Positions 8,723 through 18,746 are shown, counted from the first letter of the stretch. The stretch: DNA of 64,000 nucleotides from Actinomycetota bacterium (GCA_003599235.1 QZJE01000013.1:540-64539), one strand, 5' to 3'. Notes: generated by a model from the sequence alone, not told the origin. A program made the numbers and translations.

Positions 8723-11436
8723 TTTTTCACCTTTACTTTGATAGCTTTTGAGTTGCTAGCCTTAAATCTTTGTTCTCCGGCAAAGACTGCCTTGATTGTA
8801 GTTGTTTTTCTAAAACGGATTGCTTTGGCAAAAACTCCCTTGGAATTGGTTTTAGCTTTAGCAATTACCCTCCAGACCCACTCTTTAGCCCTAATTGTTC
8901 TGCCATTAACCTTCTTTTTTATAATACGTAAGGCTTTGGCTTTAAAGTTTATCCCTTTATTAGCCAGTGCTCTGCCATTGCTATTTTTTAGTTGGCCCTT
9001 AATAACGGTTTTTTGACCTGCCTTTATTACATATTTCTTGGCTGCTATTGATAACCTGGTGCCAAGAACTTTTATTGCCGGAGAAGGGTTGATTGGATTA
9101 ATGTTTGGGGCTGGAGCACTGGGAGTAGGGCTTAGAACTGGTAGGGCTATTACTACCAAGGCTTGTGTAGCCTCATCAGATGAAGCTCCTTCATCATCTA
9201 TCGCTATAAACTTAATTACATGTGGACCTATCGATAGATTATTAGCATTAAAGCTGATTGCTCTAGAAAGCTCTCCATCGACTGAAGAAGTCCAAATATA
9301 TTCATCAATATCGCCATCTTCATCATTAGCGCTGCCTATAAAACTAACACCTTGGCCCTGAATTGCAGGATTAGGAGTTACAGACTCAATTTTAGCAGTT
9401 GGTTTTTTATTGGTTTGAGCAATAACGGTTACTTCTGTTTCGGCTTCGCTTGACCATAGCCCGTCATCATCTTTAACTTTGAAATATATTGTATGCTGAC
9501 CTGGCGATAAATAATCAGTATCAAATGACTTTTCATCTGAGAGATCATCGTCTATGGAAGAACGCCAACTATACTCGGCGATGCTTCCATCTGAATCATC
9601 ACCATGGCCACTAAAATAAACTGCCTCTGCCTCATTAACAGTTTCCGGGCTTGCTAAATCAATAACAGCAGTGGGTGGCTGATTCGGGGGTTGTATCTCC
9701 AAATTGGCAGATACTTCATCAGACCAAGCACCTTTGTTGTCCTTGACCTTTAAATAAATAGTATGTAGGCCGATTAATAAATCTCCTACACTAAACATCC
9801 TTAAGCTAGGAAGTGTTTCGCCCATAGAAGAGCGCCAGCTATATTCAACGATAGATCCATCATCAATTCCTAATGCTTCAAAAAAAATTGGTGTGTCAAC
9901 GTGCGCAGTTGTTGGATTAAGATAGTTTATCAAAGCAACAGGCTTTTGATTAATATCTATTATAGCGGAAACTTCATCAGAGAAAGCACCGTCGTTATCC
10001 CTAACTTTAAAGTAAATTGTATGGAGTCCAGGAGGCAGGTTGTTAATAGCAAAATCTTTTTGATTTGATAAAGGTCCATTAATGGAAGAACGCCAGTAAT
10101 ATTCTGTTATACTCCCATCTGTATCTAGTCCGCTGCCACCAAATGAAATATTATCCCCCTGGTTAGCTGGGTTAGGACTAATGAGATTTATAGTAGCCGT
10201 TGGAGCTTGATTAATTACCTCTAGAGTGCTAGACGCTTCATCTGACCACTCACCCTCACTATCTCTTACCTTAAAATATATAGTGTGAGCACCGACCGAT
10301 AAAGTACTGGTATTAAAACTGGCTTGATTAGATAGTTGCCCATCTATCGAAGAACGCCAACTGTACTCTCTAATTATTCCGTCTATATCATTTCCCATAC
10401 CATCAAAAGCTACACCTTGCTTTTGAAATGCAGGATTTGGAGTTATCAAATTTATTATAGCGGTTGGTTTTTGGTTGTTAATAATAAAGAGTTTTGTATC
10501 ATCAGCTGTTACTACTTGAGTTGAAACGTTAATTAAATCTGCATTCTCAATTGTTTGAGATGCCTTGTAATATTTTGTTTTATATACTTGGGCATCATCA
10601 TAAAACCTTAGTTTGTAATTACCATTTCGAAGGCCATTAAGCTGATAATTACCCTGAGAATCGGTTGAAGTACTGAATAAATAAGTCGAATTGGCATCAA
10701 ATAAACCGACTTCAATATATTCAAGAGGCTGGTCAATGTTATTTGTAACTTTACCTATTATTTGAGAAGGCACCTCTAATTCAGCATTAATATTCTCTAA
10801 TTCTTGAGTAGAGTTTAAGTGAACAGAGCTAGCGCTAGTAAAATCTGATTTATCATTATAATATTCATAAGCGTAGCTATCTGCTAAAAATAAGACCTTG
10901 TAATCCCCGGAAGGTAAGGCGCTTATTTCATAGCTTCCATTGGACTCACTATATCCAGAGCTAATATAATGGCCATTTAAGTCAAAAGCAGATATCTCAA
11001 CATTTTCAACAGGCAAGCCGGCGTTGTCTGTGACAACTCCTTTTATCAAAGACGCTGGCTCTAAAATACTATTATTAATACTAAGGCTTGAACCGTTACT
11101 AAGCGAAATTGAATTAGCTTCTTCTAGACAATTGCTGTTTTGATAAAATTTTATTGCATAATAGCCAGTGTAATCGATGAATTTGATTTTATAATTACCG
11201 TCGGCTAAATCTGTAAAAGTATAGTTGCCGAAAAAGTCAGTGAATTGAGTATCGAGTGGCTCTCTATTGCTATCAAATATAGTCACTTCGATTTCTTCTA
11301 TTGCTTGGCCAGATGCATTGTTGACTTTCCCGGTAATTGAACCTGACCCTAAACCATAAGAAGGATTACTAAATAATATAAGAGATAAAGCTATTAATAT
11401 TATAACCAAGCCCAACTTCTTTAGATGCATGTACAA
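8719..11436 (-). CDS. Secreted repeat protein: signal peptide, three Cna-B / carboxypeptidase-regulatory-like domains, six ~88-aa PKD-like repeats, Lys/Arg-rich C-terminal module
   Basis: 905-aa ORF. Repeats of the form KPTA.INLI.PNPA.QG..V.F.G.G.D.DG.I.EY.WRSS..G.LS....F....L..G.HTIYFKV.D..G.WSDE occur six times. Track start is TTG at 11436; an in-frame ATG at 11430 is the more likely start. Confidence 0.8.
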   Translation of the reverse strand: MYMHLKKLGLVIILIALSLILFSNPSYGLGSGSITGKVNNASGQAIEEIEVTIFDSNREPLDTQFTDFFGNYTFTDLADGNYKIKFIDYTGYYAIKFYQNSNCLEEANSISLSNGSSLSINNSILEPASLIKGVVTDNAGLPVENVEISAFDLNGHYISSGYSESNGSYEISALPSGDYKVLFLADSYAYEYYNDKSDFTSASSVHLNSTQELENINAELEVPSQIIGKVTNNIDQPLEYIEVGLFDANSTYLFSTSTDSQGNYQLNGLRNGNYKLRFYDDAQVYKTKYYKASQTIENADLINVSTQVVTADDTKLFIINNQKPTAIINLITPNPAFQKQGVAFDGMGNDIDGIIREYSWRSSIDGQLSNQASFNTSTLSVGAHTIYFKVRDSEGEWSDEASSTLEVINQAPTATINLISPNPANQGDNISFGGSGLDTDGSITEYYWRSSINGPLSNQKDFAINNLPPGLHTIYFKVRDNDGAFSDEVSAIIDINQKPVALINYLNPTTAHVDTPIFFEALGIDDGSIVEYSWRSSMGETLPSLRMFSVGDLLIGLHTIYLKVKDNKGAWSDEVSANLEIQPPNQPPTAVIDLASPETVNEAEAVYFSGHGDDSDGSIAEYSWRSSIDDDLSDEKSFDTDYLSPGQHTIYFKVKDDDGLWSSEAETEVTVIAQTNKKPTAKIESVTPNPAIQGQGVSFIGSANDEDGDIDEYIWTSSVDGELSRAISFNANNLSIGPHVIKFIAIDDEGASSDEATQALVVIALPVLSPTPSAPAPNINPINPSPAIKVLGTRLSIAAKKYVIKAGQKTVIKGQLKNSNGRALANKGINFKAKALRIIKKKVNGRTIRAKEWVWRVIAKAKTNSKGVFAKAIRFRKTTTIKAVFAGEQRFKASNSKAIKVKVKK

Positions 11437-11586
11437 AATAACATCCTCTCAATTAGATTTACTTGGTAAGATGGCTAGTACTTCTAAGTGGTTTGACGAC
11501 TACTGATAGATAACTCAATATTATATCCTACTATCGCCATAATGCCAAGCGTATGGTTATGATACAACCGAATAATGAAGTTGACT

Positions 11587-11610
11587 ACCCTAAAAATTAG
11601 GGTATTTTTT
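11587..11610 (+). promoter_or_regulatory. Perfect palindrome ACCCTAAAAATTAGGGT followed by ATTTTTT; terminator-like on plus strand or operator
   Basis: 7-bp stem, 3-nt loop, T-run on the plus strand, yet both flanking genes are minus-strand. Embedded in the direct repeat TTGACTA..ATTAGGGT (11581-11603 and 11610-11626). Confidence 0.3.
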
Positions 11611-11667
11611 GACTAGAAATTAGGGTCTTAAGATTGCCGTGCCGGTGGGTCGCAATGACGATAATAG

Positions 11668-14097
11668 CTACTTTACTGCTCTTAGGTGTTTTTTCTCAAC
11701 ACTCTTTTTAGCAGTAGAAGAGCGGCCTTTTAGGTAGATTTTATTGGCGATTTTTACAAAGACTTTGGCGATAATTGGGTCAAATTGAGTACCGGCATTG
11801 TTTTTAATCTCTTTAAGGGCAACTGATAGCGGAAGTGCTTTGCGGTATGGCCTGTCGGAGGTCATGGCGTCGAAGGTGTCAGCCACAGCTAAAATGCGAG
11901 CTCCCAGAGGAATTACCTCACCGGCAATGCCGTTGGGATAGCCTTTGCCGTCGTATCTTTCATGGTGATGCAGCACGATTGGCATAATATCTTCTAAATC
12001 CGAATATTGCTCGATAAGCTTCTTGCCGATTTTTGGATGTTGCTCAATTAAGGCTCTTTCTTCGTCTGTTAAAAACCCCGGTTTGTTGAGGATTTTGTCG
12101 CTGATACCAATCTTGCCGATGTCATGCAGTTCACCGGCTACTTCTATCATCCGAACTTCTTCTTCTGATAAGCCCATTTCTTTAGCGATTTCTACCGAAT
12201 ACTTTGTTACTGCATCGGAGTGACCTTTGGTGTATGGGTCTCTGGCTTCAACAGCGCTGATATAGATGTTTATTACCTGCAAGTTACGCCGCTCTTCGTC
12301 CTCTCTTAGCTTAGTGTTCTCTATAATTTGGGCTACATTAGCAGCAACAGTTCTTACCAAATCTGTATCTTCATTGGTAAAACGCCTTTTGTTTTTCACT
12401 CTATTGATGCTTAAAACTCCCAAGAACTTGCCCCTGGCCTCTAGGGGTACGCAAATAGCGGAGTTAATATGGTCTCTTTTAAGAAACTTTCTTAAAGCCT
12501 CGTCTTCATTGTCAATTATCACCAGCTCTTTATCTTGAGCCACCCTGCCGGCAATGCCCTCACCCAGCTTTACTTTGTTGTAATAATACTTGTGAGGAAC
12601 TCCCCGGCAAGCGCTTATCTCCAGAGTTTCTGTTTTGTCATCATAGAGCATAATGGAGCCGCCCTCAGACTGAGTAGCTATAAAAGCGCTGTCGATAGTG
12701 CCATCCAGCACTTCACTTAAGTCTTCGTTAGAGATTATCTTCTCGGCTTGGTTATACAAAGCCGCCATTTTCTTAACTTCATTGGAACGCTCTAAGGCTA
12801 CAACCGCACGGGAAGAGAAGTCGTCGAGTAAGCGCAAATCCTGGCTGGTATACATATCGCCCGACTTCTTACTGCCCAAGGCCAGCATAGCCACCATGTC
12901 ATCTTTGGTTTTTATTGGGACAAGTACTTCTACGCCATTATCTCTTAGGTTGTTTTTAATATCGTTTTCTTCTTCTAGTTCGTCTGTTACCAGCATTTCA
13001 CTATGGTCGAAAAGATAGGTCGAAAACCCTTGCCAAAGCCTTTTGCCTGTCGGAAAACCAATAGCTTGCACCTGATTTACCTGAGAGCTAGTAGTTAGCA
13101 CAAAAGCTGCATTGTTTATTTTCATCTGGTCTGTTAGTGTGTCTAGCCAGTTCTTGATTAAGTTCTCTTCCCTAGCGTACGTTAAGCTGATATTGTCCAG
13201 CTCCCTTCTTAACTCTGCTGGTTTATACCGCCCCTTGGCAAATAGCCTGTCAGTGTGATCTTCGATAAACCGCCTGAGGGGGTTGAATGTGAACACGAGG
13301 ATAAAAAGAGCTACTATATTGAGTGCTAGCGGATTGATGATGGGTTTTAGCTTGTCCAGAAATAGATAAGTGACGGTAATATATATGCCTGCTATTACTG
13401 ATAGAGTTAGCGTATAAGCTACAGAGCGTAGAACCAATAGACGTATATCCATAAGCCGGTGTTTTACTATTGCATAAGATGCAAACCCAACAAAAAACAA
13501 AGATCCCGGGCTATCCAACATATAAAGTTTATAAATACCAAGAATCGGCAGAATAATGTCTACAAAAGTTACCCAAACAGCAAATAAGATAATTCCTAAA
13601 AAAACGAACTCGGCCTGTCTCTTTCTTGGACCAATATGTCTTTTGTTAATAAAAAATAAAGCAAAAAACCAGACTGTATTGATTAAAATATAAACAGCAA
13701 ATAAAGGAAAAAGTAAACCATATTCAACTTCTGAACCGGTTATACTGAAAGTTTTGACTTTTTCAACAACCATTGGAGTTATCCCAATAGCGCCCACCAC
13801 TAAACCGAAAGCATAAACTAGCAATGCAAGCTTTCGGTTATCATAATAGAAAATCAGCATCCAACTAAGATAACAAGAAATACAGATCGCGCCAGTTGCA
13901 TACATAAGTCTAATTAACAGGAGATTGTGCACATATAAAGCGGTGAGATTAACCCCTATCCAGGAAATTGTGGCAATTGTTAAAATAAAAAAATTGCGAT
14001 TAATCGCAGACTTCTTGTTTCTTATAAAAACAAGCAGACCTAGAAGAAAGTTAATTATAATACTAAAAGCAATTATTGACTTAAGAATACTCAGCAT
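11668..14097 (-). CDS. Membrane sensor phosphodiesterase: N-terminal 7TM region, GAF-like middle, C-terminal HD-GYP domain
   Basis: 809 aa. Multi-TM N-terminus with RLMDIRLL motif. C-terminus carries ELHDIGKIGISD and HHHERYDGKGYPNG (HD and GYP signatures). Confidence 0.8.
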   Translation of the reverse strand: MLSILKSIIAFSIIINFLLGLLVFIRNKKSAINRNFFILTIATISWIGVNLTALYVHNLLLIRLMYATGAICISCYLSWMLIFYYDNRKLALLVYAFGLVVGAIGITPMVVEKVKTFSITGSEVEYGLLFPLFAVYILINTVWFFALFFINKRHIGPRKRQAEFVFLGIILFAVWVTFVDIILPILGIYKLYMLDSPGSLFFVGFASYAIVKHRLMDIRLLVLRSVAYTLTLSVIAGIYITVTYLFLDKLKPIINPLALNIVALFILVFTFNPLRRFIEDHTDRLFAKGRYKPAELRRELDNISLTYAREENLIKNWLDTLTDQMKINNAAFVLTTSSQVNQVQAIGFPTGKRLWQGFSTYLFDHSEMLVTDELEEENDIKNNLRDNGVEVLVPIKTKDDMVAMLALGSKKSGDMYTSQDLRLLDDFSSRAVVALERSNEVKKMAALYNQAEKIISNEDLSEVLDGTIDSAFIATQSEGGSIMLYDDKTETLEISACRGVPHKYYYNKVKLGEGIAGRVAQDKELVIIDNEDEALRKFLKRDHINSAICVPLEARGKFLGVLSINRVKNKRRFTNEDTDLVRTVAANVAQIIENTKLREDEERRNLQVINIYISAVEARDPYTKGHSDAVTKYSVEIAKEMGLSEEEVRMIEVAGELHDIGKIGISDKILNKPGFLTDEERALIEQHPKIGKKLIEQYSDLEDIMPIVLHHHERYDGKGYPNGIAGEVIPLGARILAVADTFDAMTSDRPYRKALPLSVALKEIKNNAGTQFDPIIAKVFVKIANKIYLKGRSSTAKKSVEKKHLRAVK

Positions 14098-14178
14098 TTT
14101 TTTTGCCTACTTTTGTTGCTTAGAATATGTATCGGCAATTAAGCAAGAAACTTAAGTAGTTGGGACATTAAACACTGG

Positions 14179-15636
14179 TTACTTTAGTTTCCTTGCATAT
14201 TCATTAAAATTAAGAGCTAAATTAATTGCTGATGTTGAAGTCACATTTTTGTTCCATAAACATTTTATTATAAAAATGTTTTTAGCAACATTAAATCCTA
14301 GCGTCTTGATAGTAAAAATAAAGCGTCCTTTAGAAAAAACGGTTTGTTTTTCGTTTCTACCTCTAACAAAAACTTTATTTCTCCAAAGGTTAGTAAATCT
14401 GGAATGCATTGAATTGTATTTATATAGATGTTTCAAGAGCCTGTTTCTCTCAGATTGCAATATCGTTGGAGAAATCTGCTTTGTCTGAAAGCAAACTTTT
14501 TCTCCATCATACTCATGCCATAGATTAGAAGTTATTCTTCCTTGACTAGCTAAACGCTCATATAACAAAGTACCAGGCGCAGGAGTGATTAAGTTAATCA
14601 TTGAAAAAGCTAAATTTGTATCCTTTATGAAGTTACTTGTTGCTTCAATAGTTGCAATGTCGTCATTGTCATTCCCTAACATAAATGATCCAATTACAGC
14701 TATCCCATTCTTATGTATTAGGTTAACAATCTCCTTATACTGTTCTACCTTATTAACTTTGCTTTTGTTTAATTCAAAAATACTCTCTTGTTTAACTGAT
14801 TCAAATCCTATAAAAACAGCCCTACAACCAGATTCATACATTAATTTAAGAAGCTGGCTGTCATTTAAACGATTTATTGCTGCTTGGCACCACCAACTAT
14901 TAATCTTAAGAGGAATGAGGTTTTTGAAAAGGCTTTTAGCAAACTCGGGTTTAGCCAACAAATTATCGTCTGCGAAAAAAATCATTTTTTTTGGGTCAAT
15001 AGCCCTTAAATAACGAATTTCCTCAATCACTGTATGCACTGACTTGTTTCTATATTTATGTCCATTAAAAGACCAAACAGAGCAAAAATCACAACTATTT
15101 GGGCAACCTCTTCCTACTTGGACAGTAAAATAACAATATTCATGAGTTTTGAGCAGATCCCACCTAGGAATTGGTGAATTAGTTAATGATGGGGGGGTTT
15201 TCATTCGATAAATTTTTTGTAGTTTGTTTTGCTTAAAATCATTAATTAACCCAGGCCAAAGTTCATCAGCCTCACCAATAACAATGCTGTCAGCATGCTT
15301 TATTGCTTCATCGGGTAACATTGAGACATGTATACCGCCTAGAACAACCTTAACCCCTCGTTTCATAAATTCATCTGCTATCTCGTATGCTCTCGGGGCT
15401 AGGGAAGTAAGAAAAGAAATTGCTACTAAATCAACTTGCTCCTCGAAATCAATGCGCTCAACAACTTCATCATTAATAATAACTTCAACCTCTGAAGGAG
15501 TTAGTGCTGCTAAAGTTGGGAGAGATAGGATAGTACCTCCTGCTTTTCTCCCAGTTATCTCTCTGACAGTTTTAAAATCCCAAAAACTCTCGCCCCATTC
15601 AGGCTTTCTGGCTGGAGCTATCAGTTTAATTTTCAT
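14179..15636 (-). CDS. B12-binding-domain radical SAM protein
   Basis: 485 aa. N-terminal B12-binding-like region; radical SAM cysteine triad CPNSCDFCSV. 4-bp overlap with the upstream gene. Confidence 0.75.
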   Translation of the reverse strand: MKIKLIAPARKPEWGESFWDFKTVREITGRKAGGTILSLPTLAALTPSEVEVIINDEVVERIDFEEQVDLVAISFLTSLAPRAYEIADEFMKRGVKVVLGGIHVSMLPDEAIKHADSIVIGEADELWPGLINDFKQNKLQKIYRMKTPPSLTNSPIPRWDLLKTHEYCYFTVQVGRGCPNSCDFCSVWSFNGHKYRNKSVHTVIEEIRYLRAIDPKKMIFFADDNLLAKPEFAKSLFKNLIPLKINSWWCQAAINRLNDSQLLKLMYESGCRAVFIGFESVKQESIFELNKSKVNKVEQYKEIVNLIHKNGIAVIGSFMLGNDNDDIATIEATSNFIKDTNLAFSMINLITPAPGTLLYERLASQGRITSNLWHEYDGEKVCFQTKQISPTILQSERNRLLKHLYKYNSMHSRFTNLWRNKVFVRGRNEKQTVFSKGRFIFTIKTLGFNVAKNIFIIKCLWNKNVTSTSAINLALNFNEYARKLK

Positions 15637-16820
15637 TTTATTATTCCTGACAATGCCTCAATTAGCACATCAAGATGCTCTTGTTCATGAAGAGCTGTTG
15701 GCACAATTCTCATTCTTGCTGTATTTGGTGGAACAGCTGGGCTTCTAAAGCTCTCGATAAGTATTCCTTTATTAAATAGCTTTTCAGATGCTGATACAGC
15801 CTTCATATCATCGTATAGCATCAGCGGCAACACCGGGGATACACCGTTTCCTAAGATATCAAAATTCAATAATTTTATTTTGTCATAAATATAATTGTAA
15901 TTACTAAAAAGCTTTTGCCTTAATGAATTATCGTTAATGCTAAGCTCTATTGCCTTTATTAATCCACCAGCCACTGGTGCAGAAATTGGCGAAGAATAAA
16001 TGTAAGGCCTGAGCGTAATTCTTAAATAATCAATAAGTTCTTTTTTGCCAGCTAAAAATCCACCCATTCCACCAAGCGCTTTGCTAAAAGAACCCATGAT
16101 GATATCTACTTGCCCCTCAAGCCCAAAGTGCTGTACGGTGCCCCCTCCATTATCGCCAAGGATTCCAATAGAATGTGCATCATCTATTAAAACCATCGCT
16201 CCATATTTCTTAGCTAATTCAACTATTCCTGGCAAAGGAGCTAATTCTGCCTCGAGACTAAACACACCTTCTGTAACAATTAATTTAGGCTCTTCTTTAT
16301 CCACATTGGATAGTTTTTCTTCTAAATCTGTTAAATCATTATGCTTAAAAACCGCTAGCTTGGTATAACTTTGTCTGTATCCATCAGCAATTGAAGCATG
16401 GTTACTTTCGTCACTTATAAGGATTCCAGAACCTCTTTTATAGTCTGAAGTAAAAAACATAGGATCCAGCAAAGCGCTGATAATACCACTATTTGCTATG
16501 TATCCGGTAGGAATAGTTATAGCTGCCTCAGTTTGAACCAATTGGGATACTTTTAGTTCAAGCTCTTCGAGCAAAGCTAAGTTGCCTGATAGCAACCTTG
16601 ATGTTCCTGGCCCAATTCCGTGCTCTCTAGCAGCCTCGATAGAGGATTGAATAACTTCTGGATGAGTTGATAAGCCTAAATAATTGTTTGAGCAGAAATT
16701 TATGTAATCTTTATTGTCGATTGTTATTATTGGCTGAGTTGAACCTTTGGCGACTGTTTTTATTTTTGGATAAAGACCTGATCCTTTAATATGATTCAGG
16801 GTATCGTATATGTGCTTCAA
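15633..16820 (-). CDS. PLP-dependent alpha-oxoamine synthase family enzyme (BioF / Kbl / serine palmitoyltransferase / CqsA-like)
   Basis: 395 aa. Motifs LIDDAHSIGILGDNGGG and GSFSKALGGMGGF (PLP lysine). Confidence 0.8.
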   Translation of the reverse strand: MKHIYDTLNHIKGSGLYPKIKTVAKGSTQPIITIDNKDYINFCSNNYLGLSTHPEVIQSSIEAAREHGIGPGTSRLLSGNLALLEELELKVSQLVQTEAAITIPTGYIANSGIISALLDPMFFTSDYKRGSGILISDESNHASIADGYRQSYTKLAVFKHNDLTDLEEKLSNVDKEEPKLIVTEGVFSLEAELAPLPGIVELAKKYGAMVLIDDAHSIGILGDNGGGTVQHFGLEGQVDIIMGSFSKALGGMGGFLAGKKELIDYLRITLRPYIYSSPISAPVAGGLIKAIELSINDNSLRQKLFSNYNYIYDKIKLLNFDILGNGVSPVLPLMLYDDMKAVSASEKLFNKGILIESFRSPAVPPNTARMRIVPTALHEQEHLDVLIEALSGIIK

Positions 16821-16837
16821 TCCTTATTCCCTTGTAA

Positions 16838-18592
16838 TCAGCAATTAATGTCTGAATATAATTTATCTATTGCTTCTCTGTAAACGTTGCCGATTTTGTC
16901 TCTGTTTATACTACTGTCGTCGTTTAGAAAACGGTTGTCTTTTGTAAATTCATTCCTTAGTAGTTCGAACTTCTTAATTTGCTCATGTCTGGAAAAACCT
17001 TTTAGCTGCTTATTAATCTCAGCTTGGATAAACTTCCTAATCTCTTTATTCTTTACAATCTCTCTCTTTCTATTCAACCCGAATTTTCGGCTAATCTGCT
17101 TATAATCTGGAACAATTAAGGCAGCAATGTGTTTTTTATCATCCCCAACAACTGCTGCCTGCTTAATATATTTACTAAGTGTAACTTCTGCCTCTATAGT
17201 CCTGGGAGAGACATTCTTGCCGGTAGAAAGCACAATTACTTCTTTTTTCCTTCCAATAATCTTTAAGTAGCCTTCTTCGTCCATCTCGCCTAGATCGCCC
17301 GTCTTAAACCAGCCATCATCCAGTATCAATTGAGGCCCACAGCCATTTCCATAATAGCCCTTCATGATTCCCGGCCCCTTAATTAGCACCTCACCATCAT
17401 CAGCAATTCGAACGCTTGTATTAGGCAACGGGTGGCCAACTGTGCCAATCTTATAATCATCCGGCTTGTTCACTGACACTATAGGCGAATACTCCGTCAG
17501 CCCGTACCCCTCTAACACAGGAACGCCACTAGCATCAAAGAACATCCCCACCTTGGGGTTAAGAGCAGCCCCACCAGATATCATAAATCGCAGGTTGCCG
17601 CCAAGTGTATTACGTATCTTTCTATAAACCAACGCATCATATACCTTGTATTGAAGCTTCTTTCTGTTCTCTTTTTTACTGCCATACTCGATAGCTTTCT
17701 TAGTTACTTTGCTCAACAACTCTTTGGAGTTAATCTGCTGCACAATGCGTTGATACGACTTCTCATAAAGTCTCGGAACACCAATAATGACTGATGGCTT
17801 ATGTTGCTTAACAACAGGAGTAAATTTCGCAATATCAGTCAAATAAGCAATACTTGCCCCTTGCATTAATGGAATGTAGTATCCTGCCATCTGCTCAAAA
17901 GCATGTGATAGGGGTAAAATTGATAAAAACTTATCGTCTGGTCTGATGTATACATTACCTAAAGTGCCTTCGGCGTTCGAAATAATGTTCTTGTGGCTAA
18001 GCTCTACTCCGCGGTATTTGCCGTTTGGGCCGATGGTAAAGATAATGCTGGCGGTATCATACTGGTCAATATCAGCTATTAAATCCCTGTACAATTCACT
18101 GTGATTATCATGTGGCATAAGCTTAAGGGCTTCAATAAAATGGCATTTATCGTTTTTGAACTCAGATAAATCCTCTTTAAGCTCCACATTATAGTAAAGA
18201 AGCATGACCTTTTTCTCAATTTCCTTCTTAATACCAATAAGCTTAGCTAGCATGCGTTTTTCTGAAACTATAATAACCTTGGGGTCAATCTCTAAAATAA
18301 TCTCTTTTATCTGATCTGCGGTTAATGTGGTGTGTATGGGGGCAAAAATAGCTCCTAAGCTGATAGCTGAGAGGTCTGATACTACCCACTCTGGCCTGTT
18401 CTCGGATAAAATAACAACCCTGTCTCCCTTCTTGACTCCTAATTTTTCCAAGGAAAGAGTAAAGTTTTCTACTAAATTAAGAAGACGCCTGTAAGTTACT
18501 TCGCCGAATGTATGGCCGTCTTTGTATATTAAGCAGGGGTTTTCCGGATTATTAGTTGCACTCTTTATAAATGCCTGGGGGATAGTATTCAT
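16838..18592 (-). CDS. Long-chain acyl-CoA (or acyl-ACP) synthetase, AMP-forming
   Basis: 584 aa. Adenylate-forming enzyme motifs (GGAALNP..., YGLTEYSP, KTGDLGEMDEEGYLKIIGRKKE). Confidence 0.8.
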   Translation of the reverse strand: MNTIPQAFIKSATNNPENPCLIYKDGHTFGEVTYRRLLNLVENFTLSLEKLGVKKGDRVVILSENRPEWVVSDLSAISLGAIFAPIHTTLTADQIKEIILEIDPKVIIVSEKRMLAKLIGIKKEIEKKVMLLYYNVELKEDLSEFKNDKCHFIEALKLMPHDNHSELYRDLIADIDQYDTASIIFTIGPNGKYRGVELSHKNIISNAEGTLGNVYIRPDDKFLSILPLSHAFEQMAGYYIPLMQGASIAYLTDIAKFTPVVKQHKPSVIIGVPRLYEKSYQRIVQQINSKELLSKVTKKAIEYGSKKENRKKLQYKVYDALVYRKIRNTLGGNLRFMISGGAALNPKVGMFFDASGVPVLEGYGLTEYSPIVSVNKPDDYKIGTVGHPLPNTSVRIADDGEVLIKGPGIMKGYYGNGCGPQLILDDGWFKTGDLGEMDEEGYLKIIGRKKEVIVLSTGKNVSPRTIEAEVTLSKYIKQAAVVGDDKKHIAALIVPDYKQISRKFGLNRKREIVKNKEIRKFIQAEINKQLKGFSRHEQIKKFELLRNEFTKDNRFLNDDSSINRDKIGNVYREAIDKLYSDINC

Positions 18593-18746
18593 TATTGCCC
18601 ACCATCTAATGAACTTACAATTAAGTTATTTATTTTCCCATTTCGAGTAAACATAACATAACCTGGCGAGGCAATTATTTACCGCTAAATTGCAGTATAG
18701 AATATTAATTGTACCAAAAAAGTAAAAATATGGCAACAAAGCAGTA

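Noticed and set aside
11587-11626. TTAGGG/CCCTAA telomere-like hexamers
   Set aside because: They are simply the arms of the palindrome described above; no tandem telomeric array.
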